Assembly (NCBI GenBank): GCA_964581255.1
Contig: CAZOMT010000034.1
Location: 3,865-67,864 of the forward strand
Length of the DNA stretch: 64,000 nucleotides
Source: an uncultured Thermodesulfatator sp.
Lineage (GTDB): Bacteria; Desulfobacterota; Dissulfuribacteria; Dissulfuribacterales; QOAL01
Direction of reading: 5' to 3'
Made by a program: the position numbers and the translations under genes
Notes under the pieces: model-generated
Told to the model about the DNA's origin: nothing
The model's input: the letters and a program-made list of their open reading frames with translations, nothing else
The model's database searches: none
Shown: positions 46,607-56,571 of the stretch, piece after piece
Layout of the letters: each line of letters starts with the position of its first letter
How positions within the stretch are numbered: position 1 is the first letter of the stretch

Positions 46607-47690
46607 AACTTCCATATTTGTAGTAGGCAGAACAAGTGCCTTCACTGGACACCATACAAGGTCCTACGGGTTTTGTGGGAGTGCATGCCTTTGCAAAAAG
46701 TGCACAGTCGGTGGGCAGGGCCTTGGCCCGTATGATCTTGCCACAAATACAACCTTTGGGCTGTTGACTATCTTTAACCTCTATCTCAAAACGCCTTTGG
46801 ACATCGAAGGCAGAAAACTCCTCCCTCAACTCGAGGCCGCTCTTATCTATTGTGCCGAGTCCCCGCCAGTGCGCGTCAGTTGGCTCAAACACCTTTTCCA
46901 TCAGGGCAAGGGCCCTCTTGTTACCGTCCTGGGGCACTGCCCTGTGGTACACGTTTTCCACAAAGGCCTTGCCTTCGGATGCCTGGCAGGTCAAATGATA
47001 AAGCCCTGTCAATATATCCACTGGCTCAAAACCAGTTATGACACAGGGCATAGAAAACCTGGCGCAAAGCCCTTCATATGCCTTGGCCCCTATTATGGAA
47101 CTCACGTGCCCAGGACACAAAAGCCCGGATATCTCAAGCTCCTCATCTTGAAAAAGGGCATGAAGGGCAGGTGGCATCAACTTGTTGCAACAATAGATGG
47201 AAAAGTTCTCAATACCTCTGGCCTGGGCCTCTAAAACAGTGGCAGCCACGACTGGCGCAGTGGTCTCAAACCCCACAGACAAAAAAACCACTTGGCTAGA
47301 AGGCTTGGAGCCAGCAAGGTTCAATGCCTCAGCTGGAGAATAGACTATCTCCACACTGGCTCCCCTTGCCCTTGCGTCAGAAAGACTCCCGGCAGTGCCT
47401 GGCACACGCATCAGGTCTCCAAAGGTTGCAACGACAACTCCATGAATCTCACTTAGGCCTACCATCCTGTCGATGTCTGTCTGAGATGTTACACAAACAG
47501 GACAGCCTGGACCAGAAACGAGCCTGATGTCCGGAGGCAATAGTGTACGGATGCCATGTCTGAAGATGGACATGGTATGTGTTCCACACACTTCCATGAA
47601 ACTCAAAGGCCCTGAGAGTTTGTCCATAAGACGCTCTAAGAGGGCCTCAACCATTTGCCTGTCCCTGAATACTTGCTCCAAGTCAACCAT
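46593..47690 (-). CDS. hypD: Hydrogenase maturation protein HypD
   Basis: FRDRQMV..., GPGCPVCVT and CxH-type motifs. The start is set at MVDLEQ to limit overlap with hypC. Confidence 0.9.
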   Translation of the reverse strand: MVDLEQVFRDRQMVEALLERLMDKLSGPLSFMEVCGTHTMSIFRHGIRTLLPPDIRLVSGPGCPVCVTSQTDIDRMVGLSEIHGVVVATFGDLMRVPGTAGSLSDARARGASVEIVYSPAEALNLAGSKPSSQVVFLSVGFETTAPVVAATVLEAQARGIENFSIYCCNKLMPPALHALFQDEELEISGLLCPGHVSSIIGAKAYEGLCARFSMPCVITGFEPVDILTGLYHLTCQASEGKAFVENVYHRAVPQDGNKRALALMEKVFEPTDAHWRGLGTIDKSGLELREEFSAFDVQRRFEIEVKDSQQPKGCICGKIIRAKALPTDCALFAKACTPTKPVGPCMVSSEGTCSAYYKYGSYEEQ

Positions 47691-47928
47691 GCTGTGCAAG
47701 ATCCTTGAAAAGTTCGAGGCTCTTATGGGCATCCTCGCTGCTCAGGGTATGAATAGCAAAACCTGCATGAACTATCACATAATCTCCCGGTTCTGGCATT
47801 CTGTCCACGATATCAAGCCTGGCATTGAGGGTGGTTCCCTGAGCCTCAACAAGGGCAGTGGGTGGATTCAGGAAGTCGTCCTGTTCTCCCTGGACTTCAA
47901 GCACTTTCATTGGTATTGCCAGACACAT
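47683..47928 (-). CDS. hypC: Hydrogenase maturation chaperone HypC
   Basis: MCLAIPMKV N-terminus, 81 aa. Confidence 0.9.
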   Translation of the reverse strand: MCLAIPMKVLEVQGEQDDFLNPPTALVEAQGTTLNARLDIVDRMPEPGDYVIVHAGFAIHTLSSEDAHKSLELFKDLAQHG

Positions 47929-48021
47929 CTTATCCCCCTATTCCGCATCTCTTCACGATCCCGAAGATCCCGATCAGCCTTTTTGAGCCAAAACAGGCAC
48001 AAAGTATTTGAGAAGGCAAGT

Positions 48022-50367
48022 TCACAGCCATGAAGACACTCGCGGCTTCGTTCCACTCATTTTGAGCCCATTGAGATGAGCTGCGACAAATGCCTGCCCG
48101 AGGCAAAGTCCCCCGTCATTCGCAGGCACCTTTGTATTTGAATAACACTCGATATTCCTTTGTGTAAAAAATGCTTCAAACCCCTCCAAGAGTACTCGAT
48201 TCTGCATACATCCTCCACTGAGGACCACCTTATCAACCCCAAGCTGCCTGCATAACATCTCAGCAAGCTGCCCCAGGCCTGCCACCAAAAAGGCATGAAA
48301 ACGAAGGGCTGTCTCCGAGGCGGCTTCGGGGCCATGCAATAACGTCTCCCTGATAAACGGCCTCCAATCCAATTCATACAAGTTGTTCATCTTTTTTATG
48401 ATCCCCTTCCCTTCCATAAGGGTTGCCATCTGAAGAGAGCCATTTATGGAGGCCCCTGACAAAGAATCAAGGCACAATGCTTCAAGCTCAAGAGCCGCCT
48501 GGGCTTCATAGGTATTCTCGAGACAAGCCCCTGTAATGGCGGCCACTGCGTCAAAAAGCCTGCCACAGCTCGAAGTGAGGGGGCAGTTGAGGCCGTTTTC
48601 TATCATTTCCAATATGAACCTTGTCTGCTCTGTAGGGATCAGCTCATTGAACCAGCCGGGAAGCTCCTTCATGGTAAGCCCCGTGGAGTGTACCATGGAT
48701 AGAGCCAAGCGCCACGGTTGCCTTGCCGCCTTGTCGCCACCTGGGAGCGGAAAAGGCAACAGGCGTCCAATACGCTTGAACATGGTGGGGCTGCACAGGA
48801 TTATTTCCCCCCCCCAAATGGTATTGTCTGGCCCATAACCAGTACCATCAAGAACAATAGCGAGCACAGGATCTTGGATCTCATGCTCGGCCATGACAGA
48901 TGCTGCATGGGCAAAGTGGTGCTGGATCTTGTAAACAGGCAGTCCTGTGTCTGAAGCATATCTGGTGCTCAAATAATCAGGATGCAGATCCGCTGCCACG
49001 AACCTTGGAGTGACTTCTAAGAGGTTCTGGAGGTGCATGATATTTTTGCGAAAAAACTCCAACACAGGCAGGCTTGTAAGGTTGCCTATGTGCTGACTCA
49101 AAAAGGCCTCCTTATCCCTGGTGAGACAAAAGGTGTTTTTCAATTCTGCGCCCACAGAGAGCCCAAAGCCACCTTGAAATTTCAGCTCAACAGGTGCTGG
49201 GGCAAAGCCCCTCGCCCTTCTAATAAAACGTTTTTTATTTGCCACGACCCTCACGACAGAATCGTCCACCCCGGTATAGATGTCCCTGTCGTGGAGCAAA
49301 AATCCATCCACTATGTGCCTAAGCCGGTTCAATGCCTCTCGATTGCCGGTGCAAAGGGGTTCTCCTCTCGGATTCCCGCTAGTCATTATTAGGGCCCTGG
49401 GGCAACGGCTTCTTGCAAAAAACAGGTGATGCAACGGGGTATAAGGCAGCATAATCCCCAACTCTTTGAGACCTGGGGCAATGATTTTAGGAAGTTTGCT
49501 TCCTTGTTTCACGCGAAGGAGGCATATAGGAGCAGAAGGTGACAGGAGGAGCTCTTCTTCAATGCTCGATACGTGACAAAGGGCCTTTACAGAGTCAAGA
49601 TCCCTGACCATGAGAGCAAATGGCTTGAATGGCCTCTTTTTCCTGGAACGCAGTCTTTCGATGGCGTGTTTATTAAAGGCATCCACGGCAATATGAAACC
49701 CCCCAAGGCCCTTTAACGCCACAACCTTGCCTGCCTTCAAATAATCCACCGCCATATCAATGGCTTCACTGTTGGACGCGCTTTTTACACTGTGCCAGAA
49801 AAGCCTTGGACCACATGCAGGGCAAGCATTTGGCTGGGCATGAAAACGTCTATCAAGAGGGTCATTATATTCAGCCAAGCATTTTTCACACATCCTGAAG
49901 CGCTTCATGGACGTATGTCCCCTATCATAGGGCAAAGATTCTATGATGGTGTAACGTGGGCCACAATTGGTACAATTCGTGAAAGCATAATCGAACCGAC
50001 GATCCTTTTTGTCTCTTATTTCTGCCGCACACTCCTTGCATGTGGCCATATCAGGGGAGATATGCGTTCTTGCATGGCCTTTGGTCGAGCTGCCTTTAAT
50101 CATAAAGGCTGTTTCGCTGATGGGTTCGGAAGGCTCCCTGGTTTCAATGGTTTGAATCCTCGCAAGAGGGGGGGCTTGGTCCCAGATACGCTGAATGAAA
50201 ATATCTATGTCCTCTTTCCTTCCCTTTACCTTTATAACCACACCAGATGGAGTATTGGCAACACTTCCCTTGAGGTCAAAAACCTTTGCAAGCCTGAAGA
50301 CAAAGGGCCTGAAACCAACACCCTGCACTATGCCCTTTACCCTGATTTCCACTCTGTCAAGCTTCAT
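48022..50367 (-). CDS. hypF: Carbamoyltransferase HypF
   Basis: Acylphosphatase domain (VKGIVQGVGFRPF), two zinc-finger pairs (CKEC...CTNCGPR; CEKC...CPACGP), and YrdC and Kae1-like domains. Its ATG at 50367 overlaps the sulP stop. Confidence 0.93.
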   Translation of the reverse strand: MKLDRVEIRVKGIVQGVGFRPFVFRLAKVFDLKGSVANTPSGVVIKVKGRKEDIDIFIQRIWDQAPPLARIQTIETREPSEPISETAFMIKGSSTKGHARTHISPDMATCKECAAEIRDKKDRRFDYAFTNCTNCGPRYTIIESLPYDRGHTSMKRFRMCEKCLAEYNDPLDRRFHAQPNACPACGPRLFWHSVKSASNSEAIDMAVDYLKAGKVVALKGLGGFHIAVDAFNKHAIERLRSRKKRPFKPFALMVRDLDSVKALCHVSSIEEELLLSPSAPICLLRVKQGSKLPKIIAPGLKELGIMLPYTPLHHLFFARSRCPRALIMTSGNPRGEPLCTGNREALNRLRHIVDGFLLHDRDIYTGVDDSVVRVVANKKRFIRRARGFAPAPVELKFQGGFGLSVGAELKNTFCLTRDKEAFLSQHIGNLTSLPVLEFFRKNIMHLQNLLEVTPRFVAADLHPDYLSTRYASDTGLPVYKIQHHFAHAASVMAEHEIQDPVLAIVLDGTGYGPDNTIWGGEIILCSPTMFKRIGRLLPFPLPGGDKAARQPWRLALSMVHSTGLTMKELPGWFNELIPTEQTRFILEMIENGLNCPLTSSCGRLFDAVAAITGACLENTYEAQAALELEALCLDSLSGASINGSLQMATLMEGKGIIKKMNNLYELDWRPFIRETLLHGPEAASETALRFHAFLVAGLGQLAEMLCRQLGVDKVVLSGGCMQNRVLLEGFEAFFTQRNIECYSNTKVPANDGGLCLGQAFVAAHLNGLKMSGTKPRVSSWL

Positions 50368-52615
50368 CCCGTTCACTAAAGGAGTTCACGCCACTTTTTA
50401 CCATGACCTTTTTAAGGGGGCAGCTCTGCTTTTCTTTTTCATTATGAAACTGTCCCCACAAGTTTTTGACTGCTGATGCAAGGGTGGGAAAGATATTCTC
50501 CGGGCCTATTTTCATATACAGGGAAGAATTCTGAAGGACTTCAAGCACCTGTTCCTTGATACCGCTGAAATAGACCTGATAACCTGCAGACCTCAACCTG
50601 TCTATCAACAAGGAAAGGGCCTCCTCTCCAGAGGCATCAATCAAGTTGATGCCATTGCACTTGAAAATGATGCCTTTCAATTCCTTCATCTCCCTTACAA
50701 TCTTCAGGACCTCGTCTTCAAGATAACCTATATTTGCAAAGAAGAATGGTCCATCGAACCTCATGACAACCAAGCGGTCACATAGTTTCAGATTGAATTT
50801 CTCCGCATTCCTGTAATGGCCGTCCTTCCACAGTGAAAGCAGAGCAATTGAAGGACGCATCAGGCGGTAGAAGAATACGCAAAGGCTTAAGGCCACGCCT
50901 ATCATGACACCTTTGTCGAGGTGGGGAGCAAAGCCCAGGGTGGTGACAAATGTAATGACACATATAAGCCCGTCGCTCCTGGACACCTTGAAAGTATGCT
51001 TGACGCCCTGGACATTTATAAGGCCAAAGACTGCCACCATTATTACAGCAGCCAATACACACTGGGGAAGATGATACAAAAGTGGAGTGAGAAAGAGCAT
51101 GACGAGCACCACCACCGCACTGGTGAATATGCTTGACAGTCCTGTCTTGGCTCCAGCCTCAAAGTTCACAGCCGATCTGGAAAAGGAACCCGATACGGCA
51201 AAACTGCCAGAAAATGCCCCTGCGATATTGGCCAGCCCCTGCCCTATCAACTCCTGGTTGGCGTCAAGTCTCTGGCCTGACCTGGCGGCCATCACCTTTG
51301 CCACAGAAATGGCCTCCATAAATCCCACCAGAGAAATCACGAATGCCGCTCCCAAGAGCTTATGTGCCACCTCGTTGTTCCAATAGGGCAAGGAAAAGGC
51401 TGGCAGCCCTTTGGGCACTGCCCCTACAACAGCGCCTCCACCTGCCAAAACGACTGCCTCTGGAGAAATAGGCCTGTTGTGGGCCACGATTCTCCAGACA
51501 TGCCAGTCCGTATCTGCATCGTAAGGCACCTTGTACCTGCGGTAATACCTCAACTTGCCATTTGGAAGACGCACAGCTACAAACTCGTATGCCATTAGCC
51601 TTGCCCTGAGTTCAACCAACTTCTTCTTGGCATCGGCAATGAATTCATCAATGACCCCCGCCATGAGATGGAGAGCCAGGATCTTTTCCGGATATTTCTT
51701 CAGCGCTTCTTTGTCTTGCAAGACATCCTTGGGTGGATGTTCCAAGGATTCCAAGCTTATTTTTCTGCTGGGATGGCAACGACTACATGGCTTCTGGCTA
51801 CTACTGCGCAAGAACTCCACCTTTGGCTTCAACCTGGAACGGGTCCGTGTAAATGTTTCAATGGTGATGAGTTCCTTGTTGAAATTGTGTATGAGCTCAG
51901 GCAGCTGACTGCACTCTATCTGTTCAACAGATACCTTTCTGTCTATGCCATAATTGCTGATCCAGGAGATGAGTGTTGTCACCACTACTGCGATAAGCAC
52001 ATAGGGCAGCTTTGGTTTCCACCATTTCAAAAAAAGCATGCCAGCCAAGGCCCCACCGCCAAGGGCAATGGTTGGCCAATATACATAATCGAGCGCGGCC
52101 TCTATGGTCCTCCACACCGTCTCGAAATGATGGGGGGCTTTTTCCACTGGAACCCCCAAAAATTTCCCAAGCTGGCTCGTGGCAATAACTATTGCTGCCG
52201 CATTGATAAAGCCCAAGAGCACCGGATGGGACAAGAGATTGACCACAACACCCAACCTCAAGAGACCCAAAGAGAACTGAACAAGACCCACAAGGAGGGC
52301 AAGGAGTATGGCATAGGAAATGTAGCCCTGACTTCCTGTCACTGCCATAGGTTCAAGGGCGGCTGCAGTCATCATGGAGACCACTGCCACAGGCCCTGTG
52401 GAAAGCTGCCTGCTGGAACCAAACAGCGCGGCAACTACTGGCGGAAGAAAGGAGGCATAAAGCCCATAATATGGCGGCAGCCCGGCTAGCTGGGCGTATG
52501 CCATGGACTGGGGAATGAGCACCAGAGCAACGGTAAGCCCACTGACCAGATCGCTACGAAATGTTTCAGAATCGTATTCTGAAAACCAGCTCAAAAAAGG
52601 GAAAAATTTGTTCAT
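50357..52615 (-). CDS. SulP-family anion transporter with STAS domain and a hydrophilic insertion of about 165 aa
   Basis: FRSDLVSGLTVALVLIPQSMAYAQLAGLPPYYGLY and GQRLDANQELIGQGLANI SulP blocks, plus a C-terminal STAS domain (VVMRFDGPFFFAN). The insertion spans about aa 226-392. Confidence 0.85.
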   Translation of the reverse strand: MNKFFPFLSWFSEYDSETFRSDLVSGLTVALVLIPQSMAYAQLAGLPPYYGLYASFLPPVVAALFGSSRQLSTGPVAVVSMMTAAALEPMAVTGSQGYISYAILLALLVGLVQFSLGLLRLGVVVNLLSHPVLLGFINAAAIVIATSQLGKFLGVPVEKAPHHFETVWRTIEAALDYVYWPTIALGGGALAGMLFLKWWKPKLPYVLIAVVVTTLISWISNYGIDRKVSVEQIECSQLPELIHNFNKELITIETFTRTRSRLKPKVEFLRSSSQKPCSRCHPSRKISLESLEHPPKDVLQDKEALKKYPEKILALHLMAGVIDEFIADAKKKLVELRARLMAYEFVAVRLPNGKLRYYRRYKVPYDADTDWHVWRIVAHNRPISPEAVVLAGGGAVVGAVPKGLPAFSLPYWNNEVAHKLLGAAFVISLVGFMEAISVAKVMAARSGQRLDANQELIGQGLANIAGAFSGSFAVSGSFSRSAVNFEAGAKTGLSSIFTSAVVVLVMLFLTPLLYHLPQCVLAAVIMVAVFGLINVQGVKHTFKVSRSDGLICVITFVTTLGFAPHLDKGVMIGVALSLCVFFYRLMRPSIALLSLWKDGHYRNAEKFNLKLCDRLVVMRFDGPFFFANIGYLEDEVLKIVREMKELKGIIFKCNGINLIDASGEEALSLLIDRLRSAGYQVYFSGIKEQVLEVLQNSSLYMKIGPENIFPTLASAVKNLWGQFHNEKEKQSCPLKKVMVKSGVNSFSERDEA

Positions 52616-53011
52616 TAGCCTCTCATCAAGATAAAAAAATCACATTTGTTAAAAACAAAATGATTTTAGTTGAAATTATATATTGAGGCAAGCATCGTCT
52701 CGTCGCATGAAAGATACACAAAAATCCCCTAATAGAGCCGGGTGTGAAAGTTTCAAAAAAACGCCTCAATCAAGACAAGCCACTAGCCGGATAAAGGCCG
52801 TTGGGACCTTGCCTGCAGCGTGTGTCATCAACCTATTGGCACCTATCTCTACGCAGGCGGTTTTGCTCCTGACACTATGGAGGGGGGAACACAGGCCTTT
52901 ATGTATTTGAGGCCTTTTCAGACAAACCGCACCTGTTCCTGGATGGGGCAGACGGTGACATGCTGCCTCATCCAGCTTTGCCAGAGAATCTGATGCCCTA
53001 AGACAGATAGG

Positions 53012-53719
53012 TCACTTTTCGAAAGGTATCTTTTCTAGTTCCTCCACAGGGCACTCCAGATCTGCCGGCATCATTTTGGAGCCTGAAAATGCGCCTGATA
53101 TGATGGCATCTGGCGCATTAAAATCGTTCCAAATGGCGATATACAAATGGACCATGATGAAAAAGATGAAAAACCAGTTCAAGAGATAGTGTACGAGGCG
53201 GGCCTGCTGGGGTGTACCAAAAAGCTGGTGTCCCACTTTTGCTATGAGCGGTGTTTCTGGATACAGCAGATAGAGGCCCGTCAAACCCATGACCACGCCA
53301 CAGATGAACAAGACAAAATAGATGGTGCCAGCCAATATGGTGTGGCCCATACGACATTCGTGTTCATCGGTCAGATAGAGATAAAATTTTATGTTGTATA
53401 TCAAGGACTTGAGATTTCTTTTGTTAATAGGCAAAAAATCAGTGGGCCGCTCGTACTGGTTGCCTGCAAAAAAGAGATAAAACCTTACAGCAAGGGCACA
53501 GATAAAGAAGTAACCTGCCGCAAAGTGCCAGTATCTCAGGGTTGCCATGATGTAAAGCGGCTTGAATTCAGCCCATTTGGTGGTGATAGGCGGATAATGT
53601 ATGTAGATGCCCGTAAGTATCAATATGAAAGTGCTAAACGCAAGGGTCCAATGGAATAGCCTCAGGGTGCCACTCCACACAAAGACCCTGTAGTAGAGTC
53701 TCGGTTCTTTTCTTATCAT
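53012..53719 (-). CDS. Ni/Fe-hydrogenase b-type cytochrome subunit
   Basis: 235 aa, 4 TM, conserved His residues (LFHW, YWHF, VHL). It lies immediately downstream of the large subunit gene. Confidence 0.85.
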   Translation of the reverse strand: MIRKEPRLYYRVFVWSGTLRLFHWTLAFSTFILILTGIYIHYPPITTKWAEFKPLYIMATLRYWHFAAGYFFICALAVRFYLFFAGNQYERPTDFLPINKRNLKSLIYNIKFYLYLTDEHECRMGHTILAGTIYFVLFICGVVMGLTGLYLLYPETPLIAKVGHQLFGTPQQARLVHYLLNWFFIFFIMVHLYIAIWNDFNAPDAIISGAFSGSKMMPADLECPVEELEKIPFEK

Positions 53720-53735
53720 GATCCTGCCCTCCTTA

Positions 53736-55445
53736 TCAGAGCACCTTTACCTTTGAAAACTCCCTCTTCTCTGGATCGAGAAGGTGAACAGCGCAAGCTA
53801 TGCATGGATCAAAGGAATGAACAGTCCTGAGAACTTCCAGGGGCCTTTCTGGTTGCGCAACAGGGTTTCCCTTGAGCGAGGATTCGTAGGGCCCCATGAA
53901 ATCCTTCGAACATCTTGGGCTTACATTCCAAGTTGAAGGCACTACACACTGGTAATTTTTTATTCTGCCATCCTGTATCACTATCCAGTGAGAAAGGGCG
54001 CCGCGAGGGGCCTCGTGAAAACCAAAACCCCTGATCTCACCTGAGGGAAATTCTGGAGGATTCTTGTAAGGATATATCTCAAGGTCTCCCATGCCGATAT
54101 TCTTCGTGAGAAGATCCAGATGTTTCAGTGCATAGTCTGCTACCATAGAGGCCCTTATGGCCCTTGCGAGATGGCGCCCAGGAGTGGATTGCAGGGCACC
54201 GACTCCCACCTTCACACCTGCTATCTCAGACACCTTTTTCAAGGAAAGCTCTACCCACTTCTTCGTTGCCTCATGACCGCTTACGTATCCCACAAGAACC
54301 TGGGCAAGAGGTCCTACCTGCATGGGCTGTCCGTTGAATCTAGGCGCCTTGGCCCAGGAATACTTTCCCTTCTCCTGAAAATCCGTATAATCGGGTACAG
54401 TCTCTTCGTTCCATGGGTGTCTGGTCCAGTCACCTTTGTACCAGGAATGCACGATGGATTCCGCCACGTTGTCCCTGAAGTATTTATCATTAAAGGAAGT
54501 AATAGGCGTGAAGTCCTTCAGCTCCTCTCCAAAAATCGTCCCTCCAGGAAGGTCGAACCGCGTGCCTTTGGAATCAAGTGGCAAATCAGGCACGGCTAGG
54601 TAGTTGGTTACCCCCTTCCCATAAGCCAGCCACTGCTTATAAAGGGCACCTATGGCTATAACATCGGGCAAGTACACCTGGTGCACGAATTGTCTCACTT
54701 CCTCGAGCAACTGACGCGCCTGCATCAGCTTGTCCATGTTCAAGGTTGCAAGATTATCGAGATTTATAGCCAGGGCAACTCCGCCTACTATCACTGTTTG
54801 GATGTGTGGATTCTTGCCACCGAAGATAGCCACCACCTGGTCGGCCTTGCGCTGATAATCCAGAGCCTGAAGATAATGGGACACGGCCATAAGGTTCGCC
54901 TCTGGAGGCAGCTTCATTGCTGGGTGGCCCCAGTAGCCATTGGTGAAGGGACCGAGCTGACCACTGGAAACAAGTGCCTTAAGCTTGGACTTTACGGCGG
55001 CAAAGCGGCTTTTGCCATTGTCTGGCCAAGGAGATAAGGACTGGGCAAGCTCCGCTGTCTTTCCTGGGTCTGCGTCCAGGGCGGAAACCACATCCACCCA
55101 GTCAAGGGCTGAAAGCTGATAGAAATGCACTATGTGATCATGCATCGCATGGGCACACAGTATTATGTTTCTGATGTATTGGGCATTTATGGGAATGCCG
55201 ATTCCAAGGGCATTCTCCACTGCCCTTACCGATGCTATCGCGTGAACAGTGGTGCAGACGCCGCAAATTCTCTGGCAGAAGGCCCACGCATCCCGTGGGT
55301 CCCTGCCTTTGAGTATGACTTCTATCCCCCGCCACATCTGGGGAGAGGCCCACGCATTCGTGATGCTGCCACCATCCACTTCCACATCTATTCTCAAATG
55401 GCCCTCTATTCTGGTGATTGGATCAACGGTGATCTTGGTAGCCAT
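53736..55445 (-). CDS. [NiFe] hydrogenase large subunit (group 1, uptake type)
   Basis: N-terminal RIEGH...QRICGVC and C-terminal DPCIACAVH, followed by a cleavable 15-aa extension. Confidence 0.95.
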   Translation of the reverse strand: MATKITVDPITRIEGHLRIDVEVDGGSITNAWASPQMWRGIEVILKGRDPRDAWAFCQRICGVCTTVHAIASVRAVENALGIGIPINAQYIRNIILCAHAMHDHIVHFYQLSALDWVDVVSALDADPGKTAELAQSLSPWPDNGKSRFAAVKSKLKALVSSGQLGPFTNGYWGHPAMKLPPEANLMAVSHYLQALDYQRKADQVVAIFGGKNPHIQTVIVGGVALAINLDNLATLNMDKLMQARQLLEEVRQFVHQVYLPDVIAIGALYKQWLAYGKGVTNYLAVPDLPLDSKGTRFDLPGGTIFGEELKDFTPITSFNDKYFRDNVAESIVHSWYKGDWTRHPWNEETVPDYTDFQEKGKYSWAKAPRFNGQPMQVGPLAQVLVGYVSGHEATKKWVELSLKKVSEIAGVKVGVGALQSTPGRHLARAIRASMVADYALKHLDLLTKNIGMGDLEIYPYKNPPEFPSGEIRGFGFHEAPRGALSHWIVIQDGRIKNYQCVVPSTWNVSPRCSKDFMGPYESSLKGNPVAQPERPLEVLRTVHSFDPCIACAVHLLDPEKREFSKVKVL

Positions 55446-55454
55446 TGTCGCCTC

Positions 55455-56558
55455 CTATTCTTCCTCTTTCTTTTCTGTGGAACATCTCAAGGAAAAGATC
55501 TTTTTCCCTATCCCTACTGCGGCATGAGCTGCTATGACTGCTGCTGCACCGCCCACGGCCACCTTGCCAATCTCCTCGGCCTGCTCCCTAATGCCTCCTC
55601 CGACAGGTATGTATATACCAGGCAGGTGTTTGTAGATTGGAGTCATGGTGTCCCAAAAACCCGGCTCTGTGCAACCAATGCAGCCGTGGCCTGCCCCCAC
55701 TGGCCAGACGCCAATATTACAAAAACGCTCCACAGAACAATTTGAATATGTGACAGGCCCTTTGCAGCCCACTTTATAGAGACAGTAGCCCTTTTTGTGG
55801 CCAGGATCTCCAAATCTTTCCACAAATCGGCCTTCGTCGAAATGAGGTCTTCTTTCACAGTGGTCGTGGATCTTTCTGCCATAAGCGAATTTGGGCCTTC
55901 CAAGCTCATCCAACTCGGGTGGACGCCCATAAGTGAGTATCTGAACGACAGTTGCCAAGAAGTTCTCGGGATTTGGCGGGCAACCAGGTATATTGATGAT
56001 GGGCCTGCCCTTTATCAGATCCTGTACCCCCACGGCACCTGTGGGGTTGGGTTTTGCTGCCTGGACACCGCCAAAGGCGCCGCAAGTGCCTATGGCAATG
56101 ATTGCCTTGGCCTTTGGTGCAACCTCACCGAGTATCTCCATGGCTGTTTTGCCACCAATCTTACAGTAAATGCCTCCATCTTTGGTTGGAATGCCCCCTT
56201 CTACTACACATATGAACTTACCGGCATTTTTGTTCACGGCATTATGGAGATTTTCTTCAGCCTGCTTTCCAGCCGCGGCCATAAGGGTTTCATGGTAATC
56301 AAGGGATATCAAATCCAGGATCAAAGTCGCTATATCAGGACGTGCTGCACGTAAGAGCGACTCTGAGCATCCGGTGCATTCCTGGAAATGAAGCCATATC
56401 ACAGGGGGCCTCTTTGGTGACATGGCTGCCTCCACCATCCTGGGCACTACATCTGGAGAAAGCCCCAAGGCTGCTGCTGCAATGGCGCAACCCTTCAAAA
56501 AGGTCCTGCGGCTGACTCCTCCTCTTGCCAATTCAATTTCTTGCTCTCTATTGGACAT
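55455..56558 (-). CDS. [NiFe] hydrogenase small subunit with Tat signal and C-terminal membrane anchor
   Basis: Tat signal SRRTFLKGCAIAAAALG, FeS Cys motifs (ECTGCSES...) and a C-terminal hydrophobic helix. The start is set at the ATG 6 nt after AGGAGG. Confidence 0.93.
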   Translation of the reverse strand: MSNREQEIELARGGVSRRTFLKGCAIAAAALGLSPDVVPRMVEAAMSPKRPPVIWLHFQECTGCSESLLRAARPDIATLILDLISLDYHETLMAAAGKQAEENLHNAVNKNAGKFICVVEGGIPTKDGGIYCKIGGKTAMEILGEVAPKAKAIIAIGTCGAFGGVQAAKPNPTGAVGVQDLIKGRPIINIPGCPPNPENFLATVVQILTYGRPPELDELGRPKFAYGRKIHDHCERRPHFDEGRFVERFGDPGHKKGYCLYKVGCKGPVTYSNCSVERFCNIGVWPVGAGHGCIGCTEPGFWDTMTPIYKHLPGIYIPVGGGIREQAEEIGKVAVGGAAAVIAAHAAVGIGKKIFSLRCSTEKKEEE

Positions 56559-56571
56559 CATCTGCCTCCTG

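Noticed and set aside
51668-52489. 273-aa ORF antisense to sulP.
   Set aside because: It is antisense to a gene with unmistakable SulP/STAS blocks and shows no independent support.
53736-55445. The possibility of a [NiFeSe] hydrogenase, given Sec usage in this genome.
   Set aside because: The large-subunit C-terminal motif reads DPCIACAVH with ordinary Cys codons, and the gene has no in-frame TGA.
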